A DNA stretch of 64,000 nt from Camelus ferus. Its lineage: Eukaryota. A program made the translations under genes and the position numbers. The DNA lies in assembly GCF_009834535.1 (NCBI RefSeq), contig NC_045697.1, positions 74,154,001 through 74,218,000 on the forward strand. Direction: 5' to 3'. This document shows, one piece after another, positions 26,311 to 38,935 of this stretch; within the stretch, counting starts at the first letter, position 1, and each line of letters starts with the position of its first letter. The notes beneath the pieces are model-generated. The model was given only the letters and a program-made list of their open reading frames with translations, was not told where the DNA came from and ran no database searches.

Positions 26311-27115
26311 AAATACTGATTTTAAATACACGTGGTATCAGATTTTACCACTACCTACCCTCCCTTACAGTACAATCCTACCAGTCACTCCTATTTTAGA
26401 AAAAATTTAAACTTAGCCCACTGTTTCCATAACTTCTCTCTTTCCCTACCTAATTCTGCCATCAATTTTAGGTAATTTCAACTTTCAGGCAAACCTGAAA
26501 ACATGCAAACCAGGAAGCATGATCCATGCAACCTCCAGCCTCTCACTCAGTTCTGTGGCTTGATTATATCCAGCGATCTTTCTTAACCCCATCTCAGCCA
26601 CTCCCTCCAGGGCTACACCCTAGAATCATCACTACCAATAACTTCACCCTCTCAGAGTCAGAATTTCAGGCTTACCGCTCTCTAACCCCTAAGTCCTCTC
26701 TTTCTGCCCACACCCACTGGTACTCTGTCTCCAGCAATTTCTTCACGCCACCAGGACTTCCAAGCTATTGAGCTTACCACGCCTTTTCACTTGTTCATCA
26801 AGCCCAAACCTGGCTTGGCGTCTGTGGGTCCTTCATTATAAAATCACTCTTGCAGATGAACTCAATTCCCTTTCTCTCTCTCTTTCCATTTACTTGCCTG
26901 AAAAAAAACCTGCTCTTGATGGAGCTCAATTTTCTGCCTACTTTACACCCTTACCCATGCAGCTAAACCAATCTCTTTTAAAATTCATGACCATTTTCTT
27001 CAAGTGGGGCCCCCAGTAATGTCTCTGAAGAGACGCTTATATCTTCTTGCTCCTTGCACCTCAAATCCTTCCTCTTTTCTCCTAACTCTCAGCTAATATC
27101 CTTTTTCATCATTTC

Positions 27116-28176
27116 TTTTTTTTAATATATATTTTTACTGAAGAATGGTCAGTACAATGTTGTGTCAATTTCTGGTGTACAATGTAATGCTTTAGTCATA
27201 CATGAACATACAAATATTTGTCCTCGTATTCTTTTTCACCATAAGACTCTACAAGATATAATTCCCTGTGCTATACAGTATGAACTTGTTTATCTATTTT
27301 ATATATATTAGTATCTGCAAATCTCAAACTCCCAATTTATCCCTTCCCACCTCCTTGCCCACCTGGTAACTATGTTTGTTTTCTATGTCTGTGAGTCTGT
27401 TTCTGTTTTGTAAATTCAAAAGTCCACAAATGATAAATGTTGGAGAGGATATGGAGAAAAGGGAACCCTCCTACCTTGTTAGTAGGAATGCAGTTTAGTG
27501 CAGCCTGCAGCCAGTTATGGAAAACAGTATAGAGATTCCTCAAAACACTAACTAGACTTACCATATGATACAGTGTCAGCTGAGGGAGGCTGGAGAGGGA
27601 TTCGAAGAGGTGAGCTGCCCAACTGGAAAAAGGCGCGAGGAGCCGACATAGAGCAAAACAGCACTCCATTGCAGTACAAGCAGGTGGTCCCTGCGCCCAG
27701 GTGTACGCACTAGTCCTTTTAGAATGCAAGTGGCGCATGCGTATTGTTCATAATGCTGAGTCACGCTACCGGCGCATGCGTACATTTACCTCTTACCAGG
27801 TGCAAGCCATTGTGAACTTGCGCCTGGGCCCCATGGCATACTCACTTAAGGCTGCTGACATACAGCAATCCCACTCCTGGGCATATATCCAGAGTGAACC
27901 TTAATTCAAAAAGATACATGTACCCCAATGTTCATAGCAGCACTATATACAATAGCCAAGACAAAGAAACAACCTAAATGTTCATCGACTGATGACTGGA
28001 TAAAGAAGCTGTGTGTGTGTGTGTATAACTCAGCCATAAAAAACAATAAAATAATGCCATTTGCAGCAACATGGTTGGACCTGGAGATTGACATTCTAAG
28101 TAAGCCAGAAAGAGAAAGAAAAATACCATATGACATCACTTATGTGTGGAATCTAAAGAAAAAAAAGACAAATGAA
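27116..28176 (-). mobile_element. Camelid-type LINE-1, 5'-truncated with 5' inversion (twin priming), 15-bp TSD
   Basis: TSD CTTTTTCATCATTTC at 27101-27115 and 28177-28191. The poly-T and antisense 3'UTR run from 27116 to about 27415. The sense ORF2 C-terminus and 3'UTR run from about 27415 to 28176 (ORF 27928: MFIAALYTIAK..KQPKC..DDWIKK). Confidence 0.9.
27574..27860 (-). mobile_element. Solo LTR, 287 bp, probably class III (ERV-S/LTR18-like) endogenous retrovirus
   Basis: Terminal inverted repeats TGTCAGC...GCTGACA and a 5-bp TSD TACAG (27569-27573, 27861-27865). It splits the L1 phrase 'ccatatga(tacag)caatcccactcctggg' and contains 13 CpGs. Confidence 0.85.
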
Positions 28177-31100
28177 CTTTTTCATCATTTCATTGAGAAA
28201 ACAGACAGAATAAGATGTACACACTCTCATCACCCAATCTACCAACCTATCTGCATCTCTACCCATGTAACCTGGTCAATGGATCCTGCTTCTAATTAAG
28301 GATAACCTCTCTGCCAGTGCACGATTCTATCCCCTTAAGCTTACTCCAGAATTTCACTCCTCCCAGTGTCCTTTTTCTCTTCTGCATAATTGATTTTACT
28401 CTCCCTGTTGGATCATTCTCATCATTATCTGTCATCTGTTATCTTAAAAAAACAGGAACAACAACAACAAAAAATCTCTCTCTTGATCCTAAAAATGTTG
28501 TCTATATTCTCTGTCTTTATTTTTCTCTTTTTAAGTTGAATATGAAATATTTAATATGTATAAAAGCATGTGACAAAGACATGTTTCAAAATAAGCACAG
28601 CTTACCAAAACTCTGTCCCTATGATGAGTTAATGATCGATAAAAAAGATTACATATGTAAGAAAATGCCCTCCTTTGAATTCATAATCAAAAGTTTTTGT
28701 ATCAAATGGGATAAGAAGTTTATTCACTATGAAAATGTTCTCAATGTTAAGCCATCTACTACCCTAGTGAGTTAAACTGACCTCGCCAGTATAAAGGCCA
28801 TTGCTGAGCTATACTCATTTATGTGCTCTAATTTTTGTCTTTTTGCTTTTTTTCTTCCTCACTTTTTGCTTCCTGTGTAACTCTGATGAGCAATTCTAAG
28901 AATTGGTGTTTCAGACCATGTGAAATAAAGTATTTGTGTTTTGGTGACCTGTAGTTTATTTATTTGGCGTGTTTAACTTCTGTTCTCTTACTTGGAATTA
29001 CCGTTCTCACACTTCTAACTCATATTTCCTTCCTTATTCTGTTTGGCTTGTTGACTGTTCACATCCGGCTCTTCCATTTGTTTAGCTACCTTTCAGTGCT
29101 CTCTGTCTTCCTCATCGTGGAATTTAGTTGCAGTCCAGTAGCCTGTGTGTCCTCTCCACTGATGTTGTAATGGCAATTAGTTTGAGGTTTCTAGTGTCAG
29201 ATCCACCTTTTCCCCACTTCTTAAAGCTTTTAACCTTTGATTAAGAAAATAAATACTCAGGAATTCCGATGACTTGGACATTTATATGAGTGCCGAGGTA
29301 GTTAATTTATGCCACCAGTTCACCAACTTTACCACCTTTTCATCGTTCATTAGCTCCTCCATGTCCTCTCTTCCCTCGTAGCCATTTAAATACCACAGTC
29401 TTAGCACACAAGCCACCTGTCATCGGGTAGTATCAAAATTTATTAATTAACACACAGTTTTCATGTTACCACAGAAATGATCTGCACACTAGGCTTAGCG
29501 AAACCTGAGGCAACATAAATAAATATTTCACATGTACAAGTTAGGCTGGAAAGGGACATTGGGAAGTCATCTGATCCAGGTCTTTGCTCTTGTTGGGAAG
29601 ACTGTCTTTGTTGTGTCGGACTGCCTCCATATCTTCTCTCTCTGCATCTGATCCATGTCTTTTAAGTTCCTGAAGGATGAGTCAGTTTACAGAAGTGTGG
29701 CAATTGGAAGAAGAAAGTTGAAAACTGAAAAAAGCTCTTTGCTATTCTGAGTGAACTTGCATGGATGAATCAGTGTGCAAATCAAAGTCTACACCTAGCC
29801 CTTAACTGAACTGTTTTGTGATAATTGTGGTTCCAACCTTGATCGTAACTTCAAGGCTCTTCAATAAACAAAACTTCACCTTACTGAAAGCAGGGTCAAA
29901 CCTAGCAGCTACATCTTTTTTAGTGGCAGCATTGGGAGAGGTTTTGCAAAGAAGACAAAAATTATCCACGTCATTCAGTGTTGAGACATTTAGTGGGAAA
30001 ACTGGTTTTAGTTATTTATTATCCACATAGGGCTGGCTATAGGAGAGACTCTATCTACATTTTTGGAAGTAAGTCAAAATAAATCAAAACCAGAGCAAAT
30101 TAACCTAACAATAGAAAATGGTTTTATGTGTAAGGAAAGGACCAAAAAGTGATTGAAAAGAATAGAGGACTTTAAATACATGTTTAATTTTTCTTTGTTT
30201 TAATTAGTTTTTGAACTTGTAAAATTCACATAATACAAAAATACCAAAGATCTGAAGGACCCGATAATGTCTTATAGCTACTCAGTTTCCTTTCCAGAGG
30301 CAAACACCATTACCAGCTTCTTTTTACCCTTCCAAGGGTATTCTATTCACAAGTGTATATGTTTGAATACACATTAAGTTGATTTTTATTTACACAATAA
30401 GAGAGTTATATGTATTTATTTTGGATTTGCTCATACTTGATCTAATTATACTTGCTGTTTTGTGTTTTCTGAAAAAAAGGGCCAATAATCTTGTATTGAC
30501 AAGAGCTCAGTTGGAATTTTCTGTTAAAATTTGGGTACCCTTTATGGCTGCAATTTTGTAAATAATTTTTCTTAGAAAAATACATAGACAAAATATAATC
30601 ACCTATAGCTGTATCAGGTAGAAATAAGCACGATAAATATTTTGGTTTATGTCTAGGCTTATACAGACACACCAAATATCTTGTGAAATTGTAATCATAC
30701 CACATAAACCCTTAGGGAACCTCTTCCCCCTGAAGAATATATTTTTGCATGTTTTATTTTAAACCACAAATAACAAATATTAACTTAAATAGAAAATATT
30801 TTCTTTTCTTTATTGAGGGGCCATAAATTTGAGGAGAACAGTATCAAGCTTTCCCCAGACGCAGAGCCCCCAAATGGAAAATGGTGCCCACAGCTTTAGC
30901 ATGCAAGTCGAGGTTAGTAGTGGGGTGTTTCAGTGGTGGCAGCCGTTCTGTGTGACATGTGTGACCTATGGCATCCAAGGTGGGTGAGGCAACACCTGAA
31001 ATAGGAGAACATGGAAAACGGAATTAGAGAGGACAGATCTTTAACTTGCCCTTTTATTTCAAAGGGACCACAGGGCACAGGGAATAATTCAGCCTCCTGC

Positions 31101-32209
31101 TCCTGCCCCGACCTGAGTGAAGCTGCTGTAGCTTAAACTATGATGTCAATCCTGATAGAGAAGCTTATGCGTGAGGAGTGCTCGTCACCTTGGGAGCATC
31201 GAAGTAGACTTAAAGCATCTCTGAAGGGAGACCGGGGTTGGGGGTATAAAAGCATTATAATAATTAAAATACTGTTTGAATACTGTAGTACCATGAAAAT
31301 CTGTATATAACAAAAAGAAGGCCATGGCCTGTGAATGTTAAGCTATAGTGATTACATTTTCGTTTGGTGAATGACTTTTATATTCCTCTGGAGTTCGCTG
31401 TGTTTTTAAGGGCTCTCTCCTCCTCTCCAGAAGGAGCCCATAGCTCTTCTATATAAAGGGGGCTGTAGCTTCAGCACATGTTCTGGGAATCACTCAGGCT
31501 TCCATTTCCCGCCTCTCATCTGAAGTTTCTGGTTGGACGTCCCTGGTGTCTGTCTTGACCCCTCAAACCTGGATTCGACTTCACTATCCAGTCCCTGGCT
31601 GCCTCCCAGTATAAATGGTGCTCCCAGGAGTTACACAGAGCACAGACGCTGTGCAGCAGACCTGCTGGACTGCCTGCTTGTCTCTCAGTTCTAGCTTCAC
31701 TCCTTGGATGCACTCTCCAAGATCACTCTCAGTTCCGTCTGAATCTCCCCCTATCCCAGTCTCCTCCCCAGTCCAGCTCTCAGACTCCCACTTCTCCTTA
31801 AGAAGAATCAGATAATGAAGTGTAATGAAATTTTGCTACTCTCACAGAACAAAGAACAGAATTAGTCATGCTAATTCACTGAAATACAAAATAAAAGAAC
31901 CAAGACAGAAATATTTTACCTAGTAATTATTAAAATATACCCTGCTTTCATTTATAGATAGATAGGCAGATAAATTAGGCTTCTCAAAGCTATTTATTAA
32001 AAACTTTGCCTGCATAACAGAGGAAATCATAGGCAAGCAAATATCTTTTGTCATGAATTTTTGTGTTATAAGACTCTTGTTAAAATTGTCTTCTCTGTTA
32101 CCTTCACTAAAGACTTTTACTGCTGCCAGAATATACAGTCTTTTTTTTTCCTTAATAGGCAACCATGTAATTTTTTCCCTCTTGTTTTTATCTATCACCC
32201 AGCTACTCT

Positions 32210-34870
32210 ATTTTTTTAAGACTTTATATTCCTAGAGCACTTTCAGGTTCACAGCAAAGTCAAGGGGAGATGTCCCGTATACTCCTTGGCCCCACATCTG
32301 CGTAACTTCCCCCATTATCAACATTCTCCTCCAGAGTGTTAGTTTCATTACAACTGATGACCCTACACTGACACATCATTACCACCCGAAGTCCATAGTC
32401 TATCTTATGGTTCACGCTTCGTGTTGTCTGTGGGTTTTGACAAATGTATAATGACATGTCATTACACTACCATGGAGAGTATTTTTACTACCCTAAAAAT
32501 CCTCTGTGCTCTGCTTATTCATCCCTCCTCACCCCCAAGTGACGGCAACCACTGATATTTTTATTGTCTCCATAGTTTTGCTTTTCAACAATATCATAGT
32601 TGGAATCGTACAGTATGTAGTCTTTTCAGATTGGCTTCTTTCACTTAGCAATATTCATTCAAGGTTCTTTCATGTCTTTTCCTGGCTTGATAGCTCATTT
32701 CCTTTTAGGGCTGGATAGTATTCCACTGTCTGGATATACCACAGTTTATTTATCCATTCACCTATGGAAGGGCAACATGGCTGCTTCCAAGCTTTGACAA
32801 CTATGAATAAAGTTGCTAAAAAACCATGCGCAGGTTTTGTGTGGACATAAGTTTTCAGTTCATGTGGGTGAAAACCAAGGAGCTCAGTTGTTGGATTGTA
32901 TGGTAAGAACATGTTTAGTTTTGTAAGAAACCACCAAATTGCCTTCCAAAGGGGCTGTATCATTTTGCAATTCTACTAGTAATTAATGAGAGTTCCTTTT
33001 GTATCACATCCTCACCAGCATTTGGCATTGTCATTGTTCTGGATTTTGGCCATCCTAATAGGTGTGTAATGGTGTCTTGTTTTAATTTGCAATTTCCCTG
33101 ATTACATATGATGTGGAACATACTTTCATATGCTTATTTGCCATCTGTATATCTTCTTTGGTGAGGTGTCTCTTAGTAACTTTGACTCATTTTTTAAATT
33201 GGGTTGTTTGTTTTCTTATTACTGAGTTTTAAGAGCTCTTTGTATATTTGAATAACAGTCCTCTCTTAGATGTATCTTTCATGAATATTTTCTCCCAGCC
33301 TGTGGCTTGTCTTCTCATTCTCTTGATAATGCCTTTCATGGAGAAGTTTTTCACTTTAATAAAGTCCAACTTAACAATTCTTTCTCTCATGGATTGTGCC
33401 TTTGTTGTTGTGCCTAAAAAGTCATCACCATACCCAAAGTCATCTAGGTTTTCTCTTATTTATCTTCTAGGTTTGTGTTTAAATAGTTTTGCATTTTATA
33501 TATATGTCTGAGATTCATTTTGAGTTACTTTTGTGAAGGGTGTAAAGTCTATATCTAGATTCATTTTTTTGCACATGGATGTCCAGTTGTTCCAACACCA
33601 TTTGTTGAGAAGATTCTCTTTGCTCCATTGTATTTCCTTTGTTCCACTGTCAAAGATCAGTGAAATTTATTTATGTGGAACTATTTCTGGGTTCTGTTCT
33701 GTCCCATTAATCTGTCAGTTCTTTCACTAATACCATACTGTCTTGAACTGTATAGCTTAATAGTAAGTCTTGAAGTCAGGTAGTGTCAGTCTTCTAACAT
33801 TGTTTTTCCTTTTCAATATTGTGTTGGCTATTCTAGGCCTTTTGACTCTCATAGAAACTTTAAAATCAGTTTATCAATAACCACAAAAGAACTGTTGGGA
33901 TTTTGATTAGGATTACATTGAATCTATAGATTAAGTTGAGAAGAACTAATATCTTGACAATATTGAGTCTTCCTATCCATGAAAATGGAATATCTTTCCA
34001 TTTATTTAGTTCTTCTTTGATTATGTTCATCAGAGTTTTTTAGCTTTCCTTGTATAGGTCTTGTACATATTTTGTTAGATTTATAGGTAAGTAATTTTGG
34101 GGGGTACTAATGTAAATAGTGTTGTGTTTTTAATTTTAAATTCCACTTATTCTTTGTTGGTATATAAGAAAGTTATTAACTTTTGTATATTAACCCTGTA
34201 TCCTGCAAACTTGCTATAATCACTTATTAGTTCTAGGGCTTTTTTGTTGTTGATTCTTTTGTATTTTCTACATAGACAGTAGTGTCATCTATGATCATAG
34301 ACAGCTTTACATCTTCCTTCCCAATCTGCCTACATTTTATTTCCTTTTCTTGTCTTATTGCATTAGTCAGAACTTCCAGTACAATGTTGCAAATGAGTGG
34401 TGAAAGAGGACATCCTTGCCTTGTACTTGATCTTGGTAAAAAAGCTTCAAGTTTCTCACCACTAAATTAGCTGTAGGTTTTTTAGTAGATATTATTTATC
34501 AAGTTGAGGAAATTCCTCTCTATTCCTAGTTTATTGAGAATTTTTATCACAAATGAATATTGGATTTTGTCAAATGCTTCTTTTGTATCTATCATATGAT
34601 CATGTGATTTTTTGTCCTTTTTTTTATTTAACCTGTTGATGTGATCGAGTACATTAATTGATTTTTGAATGTTGAACATCACTGTATACCTGGGATAAAT
34701 CTCACTCAGTCATAGTGTATAATTTTGTTAATACATTGTTGAATTTGATTTGCCAGTATTTTGTTGAGGATTTCTGTGTCTCTGTTCATGAGTGATATTG
34801 GTCCATAGTATTCTTTTGTAATTAAAGTCTTTGTCTGGTTTTGGTATTAGGATAATTCTGGCCTCATAGA
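32210..34870 (-). mobile_element. L1MC-type LINE-1 (3'UTR plus decayed ORF2)
   Basis: Starts 'ttttttaagactttat...tagagcactttcaggttcacagcaaa'. Minus-strand ORF fragments IQPLWKAIW..WKQP.CPSIGEWINKLWYIQTVEYY and IDTKEAFDKIQ..LNKLGI are L1 ORF2 remnants. Confidence 0.92.
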
Positions 34871-37779
34871 ATCACCTAGCCACTATTCTTGTCTCTGCTA
34901 ACTTCCAAAATTTTCAGATTGTATTCTGGCCCTCAAACATATTTCACTTTCCCTCACTAACTGTAACTTTCTTGAAATCTACTACTTTCTAAAACCCTGT
35001 CTCCTCCACGAAATTGCCTTGATCTAAGTGGAATCAAATGTTGATTTCCCATAGACATGCCTTATTTATGCAAACAATCATCATACTCTGTGCATAATAT
35101 GTCCTATAATACCGTATCAAAATTCAATGCACACATAATCTTGCAAGATACTACAATTAGGAGAACTGGGTAAAGGGCACGTATATTTTTTAAACTTCAT
35201 GTGAATCTACAATTATTTTAAAATAAAAAGTTTAATTTAAAAAATGTACATGCCCGTATTTTTTTCTTTCTCTCTCTTCCTTTCTCTCTTTAACTATATT
35301 TATCCTTGTAAATACATATGTAAAATTTTATATACAAGGATAAAAACTTTTTCTATGACTCCACCTTGTTGACTCTGACAAACTTTCCAATTAATTCTCT
35401 TTTTATTGTGATTTCAGAGAAGTAGAGAATACATTTTTAGGATAAGGGTACACATTAAGCTGTTTAGAAGAAACTCTGTAGTATATAATAACCTCCCATA
35501 TATCTTGGCTCTTTCTAGTGCCATGCTTAGGATACCAGAAATTCTTATGGACTGTAAACAAGTGGAGGAAAATGCCAACTAAGTCCCTCTCTCCACTTGC
35601 AGCTCTTACTCAGATAGTCCCTTCCCCTGTAGAGTCCAGGAGTTCCAGTGGTCAAACTCCTCAGTCATAGGACTTCACAGAGTGGGTACAGAGATAAAAG
35701 CCAGGCTGATAATGTGGGGGAAAAAAAGCTGCCTAGAAAGTCAGAAAGCATAGCACTTTATTTTAGTTGCTATATTAAATAAATATATGAGAAAATCAAG
35801 CAATTCCTGCAAACTGTAATTGAGATCCTGGGAGCAATGACTCAAAAGAAATGCATTTGAATTTCTGATTCTGTGTTGTACTGGCTTTTCTGAGCTAATG
35901 TGCTGATTTTAAAATATTATACTCTTGCTGGAAATCTGCTTTAAACATTGATGTACATGTTCTTCAATCCTCTAAAAATACTGGTTTTCATGGTTATTAA
36001 GATCAGATCACAATGAAGAATCCCATGATCTATATGGCTAAGTTAGAATTCTGTATTTTTTAAAATCAAAGATTTAATTTTCACCCTCTTTGTGGAATCT
36101 CAACATTTATTACATAACCTGGGCCATTGTTCTTTCATTATAAGGTCAAATAATTGATGTCACATTAGAAAAGTTTAAAAAACTCAGCGAAGTGTCCCTT
36201 TTTAAAAAGTTTGTTAATCAGAGAAGTTCCTATGTGGTGGAAAAGGCTATAGTGGTGAAACATTAAATTTAAAAATAAAAATCATGTAAGTAAATGGTGC
36301 TGCCAAGCACAAAGTCACTGTGTTAATTAACATACAACTTGTAACTGGCTACTTTCTCAAGTGCTGACACTGAGTCGTCACTGTTCACGTTCCCAATTTC
36401 CCTGGGAGGGACCTTTCTGTTTTGTCATCTTGGAAGACAGTTTGCTGTCAGATTGGATTCAGATTCCTGTTGGGTATGGAAGTGATACATCAATATTCTA
36501 GTATATGAAACTTCTTTTTATAGGTAAAAAAAACCTCTTATCTTTGCTTGTTCAGAATGCCTTAGCTCAAAAAAAAAAACCAAAAAACAGTTTTATGATG
36601 GAAACTCTCCCCCAAGTTGTTACATTTATGAAGCACCTCATAAGCTCCAGATTAGGGTGACTTCAGTTTTCTGTAATTTTTATAATCTACAGTCCAGATC
36701 AAAGCCTGCTGGGCCAAGTGAGGAGATAAACAAATGCGTTTTCCATTTCAGTACAGAGGTTGGAAAGCTCAGAATTGCAAAAGAGAGATGTGATACACAA
36801 ATCTGTTTTAATATCTCGGAAAGTTATCCCTTCAGCCTGGGGAACACAATCTTGTGCTCATCACCTCACTTCTCAGAACTGAGATGCATAAGCCACTATT
36901 TTAATTTGCTTGTATTTGTGAAGATAAGCAGCAAAATTTCAGTGGCTGTGATTGTTATAATGATGCATTATACCTCTCTAATGAAATGCCAGATGTGGGG
37001 CAGCTTGGCGCAGATGTAGATGAACAAAGCTGTGCGTATCAGTACAGGGCCATGAATCCTGGACTCCAAAGAATAAATACTAGGTCAGAAGGAAGCACAT
37101 ATTGGGGAAACAGGTATTTATTAATAAACATTTATTTAGGCCACTTTAGATACAGACAAGTTCAATGATTACATGGGTTAATTAATAATTAGTGTTAGGC
37201 CATTTGGAGTACATAAAACATGTGAAACTCATCCTTTGCCATCAAAAGACTACCAGTCCCTAGTTAGAGGTGACAAGATTCATAGCTATGAAAGATACTT
37301 GTAATGCAAAGCAATAATCGATAAGTGCAGGCAATAAATGCATTTGGAGTTCACATAAGGGACAGATCCTTCCAGACAGATTAAGTGGGCAATATTTCAT
37401 GGAGAATGTCATATTTTAGATGAATATGCAAATTAAAAGATTAAATGTTTGTCAAGTGTCTATTGCATGCAGTTCCCTTTGTCGAATTCTGCATAGAAAT
37501 CAAGGAAATTTATGTCACAGTCCTGCCCTAAAAGAGTTTATAAACTGGTCAAGAAAATGACTCATAAACACATAAAAAGCCAAATAACAATCAAAGATAT
37601 ATTTCAAGGCGATGCTAGAAATGATCACGACAGAAGGCAGTTCATGATTAGTTATGCTAATTACTTAGGTAGCAAACAATTGCTTTAGATATTAGCAGAA
37701 GGTGGTGCTGACTTCTTGGACCTGTTACCAGCATTTGACAGAAAAGCTATCTCTTTCTGTGTTTCGGGGCTCCCCCTAC

Positions 37780-38515
37780 ACCCGGCTTCCTCCCTCCTGT
37801 TCCGATGGTTCCTCAGTCTCTGCTGGTTGATCCTCACCTGCAAACTCTGATGTAGCTCAGGGCTCAGCATCGGTCCTCTTCTCTCCTTTGTCTCCATTCC
37901 CTCTGTTGAGGATCCGATCTAGTTTCACGCTTTTAAATCCCACCTACATGTTGATGGTTCACAGATTTGTATTTCCAGCCTGGACATTTTCTCTGAAGGC
38001 TTGCTTTGTTTTTATCCACCTCTCCACTCAAACCTCTTCTTGATTGTCTACAAAGCATCTCAAATTTAACGTGTCAAAATGGAGCTCCTCATTTTCTCTA
38101 AAAAAATTTTCTCCCCTTGCAGTTCTCACCTTGGTAAATGAGAACTTTTCCATTTTTTCCAGTTGCTTGGGCAAAAACTTTGGAGTCATTCTTAACTTTT
38201 CTCTTTCTCTTAAACCCTCTATTGAATCTATCAGCAAATTCTATTAGGTCTGCCTTCAAAGTTATCCAGAATTAGACCACTTCTCAGCTCCTCCAGTGCT
38301 CCCATTCTGATTCAAGAACCCATAAGCAACCACCTAGATTATTGTACCTGCCTCCCAGCCCATCTCTCTTCTCCACCCTTGTCCAGCCAAGTGATTGGAG
38401 CTAGAGTGATTCTTTTAAATATGTAAGTCAGATCATGTCCCTCTTCTACTCAAATCTGTCCAAAATGGCTTCTCATCTCACTCTGATCAAAACCTAACAT
38501 TATTATGTGACCTAC
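37780..38515 (+). mobile_element. L2 LINE relic
   Basis: 'ctcagcatcggtcctcttctct...atttccagcctggac...catctcaaatttaacgtgtcaaaa...tcagatcatgtccctcttctactcaaa'. Confidence 0.8.
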
Positions 38516-38689
38516 GAGGGGAAAACCTGCCCTGCCTCTGGATGAAAGCACTAGCAAGCCCATGATTATTTATGGGGAATTATTCATCATTCAACAGATC
38601 AATGAACATTTAGAACACGTTTGTCTATTTTGGGGTCTGCTTGTTTCAATTAGCAGTTTGGTGAAAATTCATTCTATAGCTACATAATA

Positions 38690-38935
38690 ATAATAATAAC
38701 AGCTGAGCACTTATTATGTACCAGGCACTATTCTCAACAACTTATTTATATCAGTTCATATAATCCTCACACTGACTCATGAAACAGGTTGAAATATTCC
38801 CTCTTTAGTAACGAGAAACCCATGGCAGAGAGGGGTTAAGTAACTCACCCAAAGTCACACAGCTAGGATGTGGCAAAAATGGCATTTAAAAACAAGTAGC
38901 CAAGTTCCAAAGCCTGCGGATTTAACCACTGGTCT
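38690..38935 (-). mobile_element. MIR SINE relic
   Basis: 'gagcacttattatgtaccaggcact...ggttaagtaactcacccaaagtcacacagcta'. Confidence 0.75.

Noticed and set aside
27574..27860. Endogenous lentivirus LTR (5-bp TSD, AP-1 site, CTGGG in a small stem) or a MITE
   Set aside because: These features are not specific to lentiviruses, and the overall layout fits a class III LTR better. Seven-bp TG..CA ends with a 5-bp TSD do not fit hAT (8-bp) or TcMar (TA) MITEs. Linked internal sequence would be needed to decide.
27370..27904. ORFs overlapping the LTR/L1 junction (122, 69 and 67 aa)
   Set aside because: They are chimeric translations across repeat boundaries with no recognisable domain.
28317..28775. 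Longest ORF in the window (152 aa)
   Set aside because: It has a non-ATG start, AT-rich low-information sequence partly in L2, no domain and no splice context.
31440..31640. TATA boxes (tatataaagg, gtataaat) as an internal promoter
   Set aside because: These short motifs are expected by chance, and there is no supporting CpG island or exon.
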